This document shows, one piece after another, positions 26,943 to 39,581 of a DNA stretch of 64,000 nucleotides. Below the pieces are notes generated by a model, which was not told where the DNA came from, did no database searches, and saw only the letters and a list, made by a program, of their open reading frames with translations. The position numbers and the translations under genes were made by a program. Where the stretch lies: contig OZ024743.1 in assembly GCA_964016885.1 (NCBI GenBank), positions 156,240,001 to 156,304,000 of the forward strand. The letters are read 5' to 3'. This stretch comes from Eledone cirrhosa (lineage: Eukaryota). The first letter of the stretch is position 1, and every line of letters starts with the position of its first letter.

Positions 26943-29920
26943 TTCGATATCTAAACACTCTTATCAAGGATTGGTTCTGGAGGCTGATGGCATAAAGAAC
27001 AAAAAAATGAAGGAATTGTTAAGAACTGAATACATTCGGAGAGTGAGGAGCGTATTGAAGTCACATCTGAACAGCAGAAATGCCATAAGCGCAGTAAATT
27101 CCCGAGCTGTGTCTATTATTAGGTACAGTGCGGGAATTCTGAGATGGAATGTTGCTGAACAAAAAGAAATGGATAGGAAGACTAGGAAGCTATTGACTAT
27201 CTACAACATGTTCCGTGGTGGAAGAAGCGACTGAGTGGGCAAATCGGGGAAATGAGAAATGACATAGGAAAGCTTGAGTCACTACTGAATGGGACACTAA
27301 AAAACATAGGCACTAAAAATAGACTGGAAATAAAATACAAAACTAGGAGTAAAAAGCTAAATATTATCATAGAGGAATTGAAGCAACGCATTGTAGCAAA
27401 GAGTGCCAAAATCAGGCGATACGAGAACAGAGTCAGTCAGTATAAACAGAACCGCATGTTCGACAACAACCAGAAGATGCTGTTTGGACAGCTTGAGGGG
27501 AAAGAAAGAGGCACCGACTTGATCCCTGGGGCGGAACAAGCTAAAACATTCTGGAGAGGAATATGGGAGCAGGATGTTAGACACAATGCCCAGGGCGGGT
27601 GGATTGAGACAGTACAGAGGGAGATCGGTGAGCAGGCACAGCAACAGACTGATTTGAGTATCACAGTTGAAACTCTTAAGGGGCAAGCCAAAAAACTAAC
27701 CAACTGGAAATCACCAGGCCCAGATGGTGTGCAGGGGTATTGGATTAAACATTTAACATCCCTCCACCCGAAGCTGACGGCCATGTTCAATGACTGCTTG
27801 GTGTCGGGTGAGGTGCCAGAGTGGTTGACAAAAGGTACCACAGTTCTGATAATGAAAGACCGAATCAAGGGTAATGATGTTACCAACTATAGACCTATCA
27901 CATGTCTGCCCGTAATGTGGAAACTGTTGACGAGCATTGTGTCTGAGGAAATCTACCATCACCTCCACACAAACAACTTGTTGCCGGACGAACAGAAAGG
28001 ATGCCGAAAGAAGTCACGTGGTACAAAGCACCAGTTGCTTATTGATAAGATGGTAATGGGGAATTGCAGGAGGAGACACACTGATCTTGCCATGGGATGG
28101 TTAGACTACAGAAAGGCATTTGACATGGTGCCTCATTCCTGGATCACCAAAAGCCTGGAGATCTTCAGGGTGGCAGATAACATCAGACAGTTGCTGGGCA
28201 GGAGTATGGGGTCCTGGGAGACAGAGTTGACATCAACTGGAGTATCCTTGGGAAGCGTGAAGATCAAGAGAGGTATCTTCCAGGGAGATAGCCTGTCCCC
28301 TCTGTTGTTTGTCCTTGCCCTGATGCCCTTGACCATTATGCTGCGAAAAGTGAGAGCAGGATACAAGTTGGGAAGGGGAGAGCTTACCATCAATCACCTC
28401 CTCTTCATGGACGATCTTAAGCTCTTCGGGAAAAGTGAGAAGGAGTTGGATGTGCGTGTTGACACTGTCCGTATTTTCAGCAGTGATATATGTATGCAGT
28501 TTGGTATTGGTAAATGTGGAGTCATTGTGATGAGGAGGGGTAGGTTGAGCAGAAGTAACGGGATCCAGATACCAACAGGTGAGATGTTAAAGGAAATTGA
28601 CTCTGAGGAAGGATACAAGTATTTGGGCGTTCTGGAGGCTGATGGCATAAAGAACAAAAAAATGAAGGAATTGTTAAGAACTGAATACATTCGGAGAGTA
28701 AGGAGCGTATTGAAGTCACATCTGAACAGCAGAAATGCCATAAGCGCAGTAAATTCCCGAGCTGTGTCTATTATTAGGTACAGTGCGGGAATTCTGAGAT
28801 GGAATGTTGCTGAACAAAAAGAAATGGATAGGAAGACTAGGAAGCTATTGACTATCTACAACATGTTCCACAAGAGGAGTGATGTCGATAGACTCTACCT
28901 AAGGAGATCTGAGGGTGGAAGAGGTCTTATCAGCATAGAGGACTGTGTTCAGATGGAGAAAAACAACCTATACAAATACGTGACCTATAGTAAGGAGCCA
29001 ATGCTCAGAACTGTACTGAAGGAGGGGACAGTAGGCCAGGGGATGTCCAAGGAGGAAATAACATCAAGGAGGAAGAGCAGCCTTAAGGGAAAATCCCTTC
29101 ATAGTACCTTCTTTGAGAAAACTGAATTTAGAGATCCACAGACATGTAACTGGTTGAGAAGAGGAGACCTCAAAAAGGCTACAGAAGGAATGCTAATGGC
29201 TGCGCAGGAGCAGGCCCTCAAAACGAAGTGGTTGAAGCACCATATCTACAAGGAGGAGGCTAGCCCACTGTGCAGGATCTGTGGAGAGAGAGAGGAGACT
29301 GTAGCTCACATTGTGTCCGAGTGTAAACACCTAGCCCAGACCCACTATAAGGGCTGGAGACACGATGTGATGGGCAGGGTGATCCACTGGCATCTGTGCA
29401 AAGTAAACAATCTACCACATTCTGAGAAATGGTATGAGCATAGGCCAGAGGCGGTGATGGAGAACAGTCAAGTGAAGGTGCTGTGGGATTTTAGGATACA
29501 GACGGACAAAAAACTGGAACACAATAGACCTGACCTGGTGGTTATGGACAAAGAAAAAAAGATCGTGCCTGATTGTGGATGTGGCCTGCCCGTTCGACAC
29601 GAGAGTGCAAGAGAAGGAGAGGGAGAAAATTAACCGATACCAGGACCTAAAGTGGGAGGTGAAAAAGATTTGGAACTGCCATGAAGTCAAAGTGATCCCG
29701 ATTGTCATAGGCGCACTGGGGACTATCTCCAAAGGTTTCCAGAGATGGTTAAAGAAAATCGGCCCCTTCACACCTTTTTGGAACGCTTCAAAAGGCATGC
29801 TTGCTTGGAACAGCAAGAACCCTCCGATACGTCCTGAATATCTGAGGCTGCAGGTAGTGGCTTGATATTCAATCCAACGGACTTTCCAGTTAACCAACAT
29901 CAATGACTGAGATTCAAGGA
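26941..29920 (+). mobile_element. R4/Dong-clade retrotransposon, 5'-truncated with a rearranged 5' junction (Dong copy 2)
   Basis: 793-aa ORF 27252..29633 with RT, CCHC and RLE motifs, nearly identical to copy 3; flanked by (AAT)n on both sides. Confidence 0.95.
27252..29633 (+). pseudogene. R4/Dong RT-CCHC-RLE polyprotein, N-truncated and frameshifted near 29560
   Basis: NWKSPGPDG, YRPITCL, IFQGDSLSPLLF, HLLFMDDLKLF, CRICGEREETVAHIVSEC, RHD...RPDL. Confidence 0.9.
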
Positions 29921-29949
29921 ATAACAATAACAATAATAATAATAATAAT

Positions 29950-30525
29950 GATTTCTTTATTAACCACAAGAGTTTACATACAGTAGACATTAAGGACAGT
30001 ACAGGACAATACAGGAGGGTACAAATGGGCATTTCTGCGTGTAAACAAAAAACAGAGGATGTAATAAAAAATAACAATGAAAAATTCCCGAATAGGGTGG
30101 AGACTTCCGAGGGACAATTGTGGAGAAAGCCCATTAAAAGGTCACAGTGATCCTGACCACCAAGGCAAGTGCCCTCTCTCAGTTTTCCACCTTTAATTTA
30201 CAGATACATACTGAGAGTAGGCCCATTCACTCGGGCCATTCTTGCTTCTCTCACCCATCTTTCAACAAAATGCTGGGAAGAGAGCACTTCCCTCTCTACT
30301 CTGATTTTCCTTTTCAACTGAAATTTGAAAAAGTCAATCAGGGCATCACCGAAGAGGTAACTGCTCGTCTTCAGCCCTTTCAAACGTGTCCACCATACTC
30401 TCGATTTCACCATGGCAACCAGACAGATAAAAAATGCCTGCCCTTCCCGGCTAAAGGAAGAAGGCGGGGCAATCCTCACGATGGACTCAGATTATAGCCG
30501 GATCCGTCCTACACGCGATAGCAGG
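29950..30525 (-). mobile_element. Tx1 3' fragment (same family as copy 1)
   Basis: Highly similar to 12795-13370, including the ORF2 end (FVERWVREARMARVNGPTLSMYL) and the 3' UTR. Confidence 0.9.
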
Positions 30526-30624
30526 TGTTCGATATAAACCCATAAGTCAGATATGTATATATATATATGTATATATATATATGTTTATGTATATATATAT
30601 ATATGTATATGTGTGTATGTGATT

Positions 30625-31000
<376 letters not shown>

Positions 31001-31002
31001 TA

Positions 31003-31034
<32 letters not shown>

Positions 31035-31740
31035 AATATATATATATGCAAATACTCTACGCCACAGACCACATCTTAAACAAAATATCTGAGGCAATTT
31101 CGGCTTGTAATCATAAATTGCACAAAACTTTCCTGTATTACAGCCCCACATTATACCCTAACGGATAGTACGATTTATACGCGGATATTTTACGTCTTGA
31201 TGTGGTAGCTAAGTATATGTTATGTTTATACCATTACTTATTTCCATAGGTAAGAATATATTACCTGTATGTTTTGTGAAGGTACGTATAGTTTCTCGTA
31301 CGTATATTTGATTGTATATGTTACGGCTTATATTTTATATATTCTGGTACATATGCTTTTGGTTATGTGTATACGTGAGTTTCGCGTCTGTGCGAGTATG
31401 GGGGTTCGTACTTATGTAGGCTGTGTGTATATGTGTACTTCGTGTTTTGCTTGACGTAGTCTCCGAAAATGTGTGTATTTACATGTAGGTATGTGTGTGC
31501 GCTTGTTAAATACGTATTTATTTCTTTATAAACGTTTATTTAATTATTTGTATACACGCTCACACATATATTTATATGTGCGTGTATTTGTATACCTATG
31601 GCGAGTGTTTTCGCGTATGCTTGTGTATATACGTATATGGATGCGTGTATGTATTTATTTAATTTCAATTACCTCTGTATTATGTTAACTGTATTCTTAA
31701 CTCTGAAGCCGAGAATCTTTCGGTTTTCTAGTTAGAATTT

Positions 31741-31998
31741 TAGTCTACGACTTCAGTTATACCATTTACGTGGTTTTGTCTTTGCGTGCAATTGTTCTCC
31801 ACACTCCACATATGACGTATTATCTTCGTTTTTTCCGTTCATTGCCAGAGAACGTCTTTAGGAAGCACCTGAGAGAATATTAGTCTACGACTTCTTTCAT
31901 ACCATAAACGTAGTTCTGTCTTTGCTTGTAATTGTTTTTCAACGCTCCTATTAATGACGTATCTTATTCGTTTTTTCTTGTTCTTTGCCAGGGAACGT
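31741..31998. repeat. Diverged direct repeat (~118-bp unit, 140-bp period)
   Basis: TAGTCTACGACTTC...TTGCCAG.GAACGT at 31741 and 31881. Confidence 0.85.
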
Positions 31999-32155
31999 TT
32001 CCACTAACAAAAGTACCTTCTTCCTCTCTTCATCCGGTTGCAGCATTTTTTTTAATATTCACTTCCACATTCACAGATTGACTTTGTTAGTTTCAGAAGA
32101 TCTCGTTAAGGGTGAAAGCAACGGTTCTTTGCTTAAACTTTAATCTGTTATTTTA

Positions 32156-32247
<92 letters not shown>

Positions 32248-32260
32248 ATATATATATATG

Positions 32261-32309
<49 letters not shown>

Positions 32310-32315
32310 ATATAT

Positions 32316-32350
<35 letters not shown>

Positions 32351-32512
32351 CATGTGCATATATATGTATATATATATATGTGTGTGTATATGTATGTAAG
32401 TATATATAGTATATGTGTCTATATATATATATATGTGTGCACATGTGTATAGATCTGGCGATATATATGCGTGTGTGCGTGTATGTGTCTTTGTGTGTAT
32501 TTACTTGTGTAA

Positions 32513-32535
<23 letters not shown>

Positions 32536-32544
<9 letters not shown>

Positions 32545-32740
32545 AAACGAAAGATCATTGATGCATCTGAACTCAATTTATTGTGCGTTACAATTGTTTC
32601 GAAATGTCTGACGAATCTGCAGATCCAAAATCAGAGAGATCCACACAATGAGGGTGTCTCGAGCTGTCTGACGGCGAAACAATTGTAACACACAATAAAT
32701 TGAGTTCAGATGCATAACTGATTTTTCGTTTTCTATTATA
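32536..32740. repeat. Fold-back inverted repeat (66-bp arms, 73-nt spacer) containing hammerhead core motifs
   Basis: Arms 32536-32601 and 32675-32740; CTGACGA at 32608; GAAA-CAATTG-TA at 32676. Confidence 0.85.
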
Positions 32741-32813
32741 TTACACTCTGCTCTGTAATAACATGGAGTTCCCAACCGGCTTGCCGCTTATGGAACCATC
32801 TTAGCTACCATGA

Positions 32814-32903
<90 letters not shown>

Positions 32904-32904
32904 G

Positions 32905-35530
32905 TTAGGAATTACATAAGAAATAAAGAAAAACTAACGAGACGGCACTGATAACCATCATCAACGAGCCACAGAATATAGGCAAAATCCTAGGAATAGA
33001 GGATAGAACGGAGCCACTTAGGACATGTACCCCTACATTTAATCTTAAGGACCATAAGGTAAATTTTGATTATAACCCCACAATTAGACTTATATGCCCG
33101 TCCAAATCGGATATGGGGAAAATTAGTAAAGACATATTTGACAGAGTGATAGCACAAATGAAGAATAAACTTCTGATTAAGCTATGGGGTAACACTACCG
33201 AAACAATTAAATGTTTTAACAATATAGCTAACAAAAAAGTTTATACAATTTGGCATTAACGACTATTACTCCTCTATATCCCTCAATGCCTTGGATAAAG
33301 CTTTAGCATTCGCTAAAGCCAATTCTGACCTGACAGACGACGAGATACACATTATATTAGCTGCTAGGAAAACAATAATTAAATTTGAAAACGCCCATTG
33401 GGGACGTAAGGATAGATTAAATAATTTTGCCATCACGATGGGGGCTAATTCCTCGGCTCAAGTCACGGATTTAGTAGGTATTTAGTTTACGGAGGGAATT
33501 TAGCGACCTTCTGGGTGGAATCTATAGAGACGACCTTCTCCTAGTTAAGAACCTAAATAACCAGAGCATAGAAAGAGTGCGTAAAAATATTAGAAAGACT
33601 CTCGGGAAACTAGGCCTTAGCATAACGTATGCATATAGCACTAAAATAGTTAACTTTCAAGATGCGACTCTTAACCTAAATACGGGATTTATAAGACCTT
33701 TTCACAAGAATAATGAAAACTTAACATACATCAACTGTAATTCGGGCCACCCACCCTCCATAATTAAATCCGTTCCAGGCAGCATATCTCTTAGGATCTC
33801 CCGCCTCTCGTCTAACCGACAAATCTTCGACGAACCCGCGGAGTACTAGAATATCGGACTAGATAAGGCCGGCCACCTAAATAGAGTAGAATATATAGAT
33901 GAAAGCCTCCGCAAACACACACCACCAGGCATAACACAAACTCCAGAAACACACGCATTTACGCATAGATCTACAAATTACACTTACAATAGAAATACAT
34001 CAAAATCAAACAGGTCACGCAGTAGAAAAATATATTTGCTATAACCCCATATTTAACATCTCTATTTGTACCAACCTATCTTGTACCTTCTTTAGAATAA
34101 TAAATAAGCACTTTCCAGATTCACATAGATACAGCAAAATCCTTAACACTAAATCTATTAGACTATCTTGCTACACGGCACCAAACATTGGGGCACACAT
34201 GAAGATGCTTAACGCTAAAAATATACGTAACAACACCAGAACACAAATTTATAACAATAACAATACAATTACCATCAACCACAACAGAATATCTAATACA
34301 CAACCACCCACGAGAACGCAAACAAAACGTAACACACGTGTAGAGGCACCGCAGCCCACCAATAATGACAAAGTTGCCCATGACAAGAATTGTAATTGCC
34401 ACCTACCTGAAACCTGTCTATTGCATGATGAATGTATACAGTATAACCTGGTTTACCAATGCACAGTGGAATCAGACAACCAGAAATGGTATTACATCGG
34501 AGCGACTGGAAATACATTTAAAGATCGTTGGAATACACACCCTTACGCAATGAAACATTCCCAGCATCGTTATGTAACTACCTTTGCGAACAAGACCTGG
34601 CAACTGATGGAAAGTAACCATCAATACACACTGAAGTGGAAAACAATTATCGAACGCGCCCCCCTATCGTAGTGGTATGAGAAGTTGTCGGTTATGTGAC
34701 CTTGAACTGTTCCATATTTTGAGTTCGAAGAATAAGTTACTCAACAATAAAATCGAAAAATCAATTTATTTTAACCATAGACTCAAAGAAACATGTTCGC
34801 ACTACAGGTACAAATCGAACCCTTAACCTCTTACTACCACCTGACAGACTGCATATACTTAGACTTTCTACCCTCTTATTGAATCTAACCCCTTTAATTA
34901 CACACAATAACCAATACCTATGTCCATCCCTCCTCCTTCATTCCTTTTTCTCTTTTTTCGTTTTCTTCTTTTCTTCTCTCCCTTTTTTGTTCCCTTTTCT
35001 TTTCTTTTCTTTTCTTTTCTTTTCTCTCACCATCCCCCCTCTTTATTTTTATTTATATATATATATATATTTATCTCTCTATCTCTTCTTCTCTCTCTCT
35101 ATCTCTCTCTGTCCCTCCCACTATAAACAATGTAATTCTCTTCAACTCCCTACACTGTAAATTAACGACATCAAGTCTACGAATGGAAACTATTCGAGGA
35201 ATCCTTCCACCTTTACCCCTCCCTCAATTTCCGCTTGTCACTCTACTTCCTTATTATTCTCCAGCTTCCTCTCCATCTATACTACTCCGTGTGTCACTCT
35301 ACTTACTAATTCTTCTCCCCATTCCTCTCTCTCTCAATATTAGTAAATACAATTCAAAAAAAATGTTTTTTTTATATATTAAGAACCTTTTATGAGTAAC
35401 TTATTCATTATTTTGAAAATGTGGAGGTGAACAACAATTATTGAGTGGCTTCTATTTGCAGTATAGCGATATAAGATTGCATTTACCAATGAAACGGTCG
35501 TAAATACCTGGATAAAATCATTTTTTTAAT
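32905..35530 (+). mobile_element. Penelope-like element (RT + GIY-YIG), decayed
   Basis: LKDHK.NF..NPTIRLICPSKSDMGKISK, ITMGANSSAQVTDLVG, GIYRDD, VNFQDATLNL, YIN..SGHPPSIIK, CNC..PETCLL..EC...NLVYQC...YYIGAT..TFKDRW; decayed hammerhead GAAA-CGGTCG-TA at 35491. Confidence 0.9.
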
Positions 35531-35555
35531 GCTTATGTATAGGTGTGTGAGTGTT

Positions 35556-35626
<71 letters not shown>

Positions 35627-35739
35627 ATGCGTGTATATGTATATATAGATATGTATGTGTGTATGTGTGTATTTATATGTGTGTATGTATGTGTATATAT
35701 ATGCCTGTATGTATATATATGAGTATATATATATATATG

Positions 35740-35809
<70 letters not shown>

Positions 35810-36554
35810 TAAACGGAAAAGAAAATGCTGACAAATTGTTCACAGTGAAAAATAGTTTAATTTGGAAAAAGTGAGAATTAGTAATATTATTGGTTAGTAT
35901 TCAGTTTTGGTTTTAAGTTTTACCGGTTGTGCATTTCTAATGCTTTTCAAAAATAATTTTGAGATAGAGCGTCCGTGATGTTTGCTCTGATCTGATTAGT
36001 TTGGGGAATTCTACCTGTTTTTATGTTAAAAAAGTGGTTCCAGCGGTATTAAAATAAGTTTTGCGCCAATTCGTGTTGCAAAAATTCTTGTGGTCAAAAC
36101 AATTTTGATTGGTCGGTAGAGGTCATGTGAATGTAACAAATTGATTTTGCGCCAAATGTAGGTTTATGTCGGCAGATTGAGAAGTCACTGAGAAATAAGT
36201 CTTTCACACCAAATATGTGTGTGTGTGTGTGTTTAGTAGTAGTAAAGAGATTCGTTGTTGTGATAATGGTCAGTTCAGTAGGGATGTGAGTGCGAACCGC
36301 AGCCTGTTGACAGTTCAAATGCCCATTAAGACAAGTGTGTGTGTCTGTGTGTGTGTGTAGCAGAGTAATTCGTGGTAGAGGGATGGTCAGTATGAATGTG
36401 TCTGTAAGTGTGTGGGGGATATTTTAACATGTTAAAAGATATTTTTCAGCTCTTGTCTTTTACGGAGAAGTGTGTGTGTGTGTGTGTGTGTGTGTGTCTG
36501 TATATATGTCTCTGTGTATGTTAATGTACGCTTGTGCATGTGTGTGTATATACA

Positions 36555-36590
<36 letters not shown>

Positions 36591-36749
36591 ATAATGTGTG
36601 TGTGTGGGGGGGGCAGTATTTATTTCTGGTAAAATGGTGTACATTATTCGATATTTTCAGTAAAATCGATTCTCTCAATAGAACATCAAAAATCTTAATA
36701 ATAAAAGGTGTGAAATGCTATATAGTATTGGTATAATAACAAGGTGTGT

Positions 36750-37035
36750 GTGAGTGTGTCCAGATTGTACGTACTGCAAGGGGGATCCGTTAGGCCTTGC
36801 CGTATTGGAATACCTGTGGACAAATATGTATCTGGAGTGTGTCCAGAAATTGTATACCTGTGCACAAATTGTATACCTGTGCACAAATTGTATGCTTGTG
36901 TAAAAACTGTACACATGTATCAGGAGTGTGTCCAGAAATTGTATACTTGTGTACAAATATGTATCTGGAGTGTGTCCAGATTGTACGTACTGCAAGGGGA
37001 ATTCATTAGGCCTTGCCGTATTGGATTACTTGTGT
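36750..37035. repeat. Composite minisatellite / duplication
   Basis: GAGTGTGTCCAGATTGTACGTACTGCAAGGGG...AGGCCTTGCCGTATTGGA occurs twice, separated by ~20-bp AAATTGTATACCTGTGCAC units. Confidence 0.85.
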
Positions 37036-37259
37036 AAAAATATGTATGTGCCCATCAGTGTGCAATGCATGTGTGCGTTTATGTATGTGTGTGTGTCGGC
37101 ACGTTTATATCTATAGACATCAAAAGGTATGCAAATTTGTGTATATTTGTGTTGCACTATAGAGCATGTGTGTTTATGTATGTCATTGTGTTTATATGTG
37201 GGTAGAGATGTATGCTGATGTAGGTATGTATGTTGACGTGTGTATGTTGTGGGTTCGTC

Positions 37260-38030
37260 TTAGGGAGAAGTGTTTAGACGGGGTCCGTATTTGTTAATAA
37301 AATAAGATCCCTTGCTGATGCGCTGGGTGTGGGTGGCATTATCTTTAAATTTGTAGAGGGGAAATATTCTGAAGTTGGGATGATTTTGGGCGGCACAGGT
37401 ATCACTGTGTTCACTCAGTGGTATTTTCCTGTATTCCCGTATTTTAATTTGGGATCTATAGACAGCCATGCGTTGGCGGAGGCTGCTTTGGTCTGGCCTA
37501 TGTATTGTTCTCGACAACCTGAGCAAGTTAATACATATATTAGATTTTCTGATGCGCATGTGAAATTGTGTTTTACTATAAAACGTTGTCCTTCTTTGAA
37601 ACAGAATTCCGAACCCTCTATTAGGTTGATGCAAATGCCACAGTTGGGTCTATCGCATTTTTTTACTGTGCGTTTCGTTGTTGTGTCTGGCAGTACTTTC
37701 GCATGTGTTAGGATGTTTTTCATTGACTTAGATTGTCTTTTGCTCTATATGATATAGTGTGTTCGTAGGATTTGGTTCATTCTATGGTCCTTTTTCAACA
37801 CAGGGATGTTCTGGAGGATGGTGTGAAAGGCCTCATTGTGTGTGGAGATGTATGGAAGAACTTTGAGTTTCGGTTGATTTACTTTAGGATGTCTAAGGTC
37901 CTGGGTACTGAGTTTTAGGGCACGTTGGATTCCATTGTCAATTAGTGATGCAGGGTATTCCCTGCCTATGAGTGTGTCCTTTAGTTCCTGTAGCCGTAAG
38001 TAGCAGGTGTTTTTATTGGAGCCTATCGTA
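37260..38030 (-). mobile_element. Penelope-like fragment (RT thumb end + CCHH + GIY-YIG)
   Basis: LQELKDTLIGREYP..LID, VLPYISTHN, KKCDRPNCGIC, FTCASENLIYVLTCSGCREQYIGQT..LRQRM..YRSQI. Confidence 0.85.
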
Positions 38031-38076
38031 CAGATATATATATATATATATATATATATAAATGTGTGTGTGTGTA

Positions 38077-38125
<49 letters not shown>

Positions 38126-38133
38126 CTGCTTGC

Positions 38134-38430
38134 AGACACCTGAAATATAGCTTAAGAGAAACTTGACAATAAGGAGAGGCACCACAAATTTGAACTTGTT
38201 TATAGAATTATTTTTGCATTTGTCACTCTAAGTAAAGCTTTAAAGAATTCCCCTTTCTTTAAACCCACGAACCATGACTGACCTCCACCCATCTTGTAGA
38301 CACCTGAAATATAGGCATTGTTAGCTTAAGAGAAACTTAAATATAAGGAGTGGTACTCCAATTTGAACATGTTTATATAATTATTTCTGCCTTTGTCACT
38401 CTAAATATAAATTATAGCTTTAAAGAATTA
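38134..38430 (+). repeat. Diverged direct repeat (~165-bp period)
   Basis: GACACCTGAAATATAG...GCTTAAGAGAAACTT...ATTTGAAC.TGTTTATA...TTTGTCACTCTAA...GCTTTAAAGAATT occurs twice. Confidence 0.8.
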
Positions 38431-38529
38431 GCTCTTAAAGACTTTGCTTTTCTTTCACTCAACGACCTCCACCAATACCACTCCCCATGCTCCCCTACCA
38501 TCAGAAAAGATATAAATACCAACAAATTT

Positions 38530-38668
38530 ACTTGGACAGTCAGCTTTCTGATGATTTCTCACGAATGAAACAGTTCTAATCCTGTAGAAGCTATTCTATA
38601 TTAAAATGTTATACTCTGCTATCCATTGAGTACCTTACTTACTGTGGTTACCTCCGATTCAACCCGGA
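38530..38668 (+). repeat. Dispersed pLTR-like repeat with a decayed hammerhead-like motif
   Basis: CTGATGA(38548)...GAAACAGTTC; reverse-complement copy at 56543-56680. Confidence 0.65.
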
Positions 38669-38676
38669 ATCACTTT

Positions 38677-39185
38677 GGGAACGCGGACCACCAAAACATC
38701 TAATCTTTGAAAAACTGCATGCCTGGAGAATAGGTAAAGAAAATAAACCGAATACTCTGATGGTTGGATAATCTTCAAGATTTACCTCGATGAAGCAGGA
38801 AAAATACAGGTTTTCACCTAATGCGGGCCATAGGGCATCAAGAAAATGATTTTTTTTGTGTGTATAATATTCCATGATATTTCGGGCCCTAGGACATAAA
38901 TGTATGAAGAAAAGACTGACTAATACATAATTACAATTTCAAGGAAATCTGTCTGACTTAATGCCTAAAAGAATACCAAAAAAGCAGAAAAAGTGCAGTT
39001 TTTTACCTAATTCCGGCCCTAGGGGATCAAAGAGTTCAATGTTTCTATGTGCATAACACACCTTGAAACATAAGTAATACATATATAATTTTTGAAAAAA
39101 ACGGTTGGGTACTTCTCGAGTTTTAGGGATTCAAACTCACAGACACACACACACAGACATCGTTAGATTTATATATATATATATA
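38677..39185 (-). mobile_element. Non-autonomous Helitron, 3'-truncated
   Basis: 38677-38820 is the reverse complement of ~63245-63385; 39010-39180 matches the 5' end of the 62724 element. Confidence 0.75.
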
Positions 39186-39208
39186 CATATAAATATATAT
39201 ATATATAA

Positions 39209-39292
<84 letters not shown>

Positions 39293-39323
39293 AGATCAAA
39301 AGATGGTTAAAGGAGTTCAATGT

Positions 39324-39392
39324 ATTTTATTATGCGCATTTCAAAAACAAACATCATCATGCAATAATATTTGTGTTTTCATCAGATAAAAC
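39324..39392 (-). ncRNA. Minimal type I hammerhead ribozyme (left arm, minus strand)
   Basis: Exact reverse complement of 39513-39581. Confidence 0.8.
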
Positions 39393-39512
39393 AGGAGAAC
39401 ATGATATGAAGGCTAAAAAACACATGTGGATAGTGCAGTTTTAAATCAACATATGTTGATTTAAAACTGCACTGTCCACAAGTGTTTTTTAGCCTTCATA
39501 TCATGTTCTCCT

Positions 39513-39581
39513 GTTTTATCTGATGAAAACACAAATATTATTGCATGATGATGTTTGTTTTTGAAATGCGCATAATAAAAT
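39513..39581 (+). ncRNA. Minimal type I hammerhead ribozyme (right arm of the palindrome)
   Basis: Stem I GTTTTAT/ATAAAAT; CTGATGA at 39520; 15/16-bp stem II with G-U pairs and GCAT loop; GAAA at 39563; palindromic TGCGCA; TA (predicted cleavage after 39574). Confidence 0.8.

Noticed and set aside
27357-28741. Antisense ORFs over Dong, Tx1 and Helitron coding regions
   Set aside because: Shadow frames of element ORFs with no independent motifs
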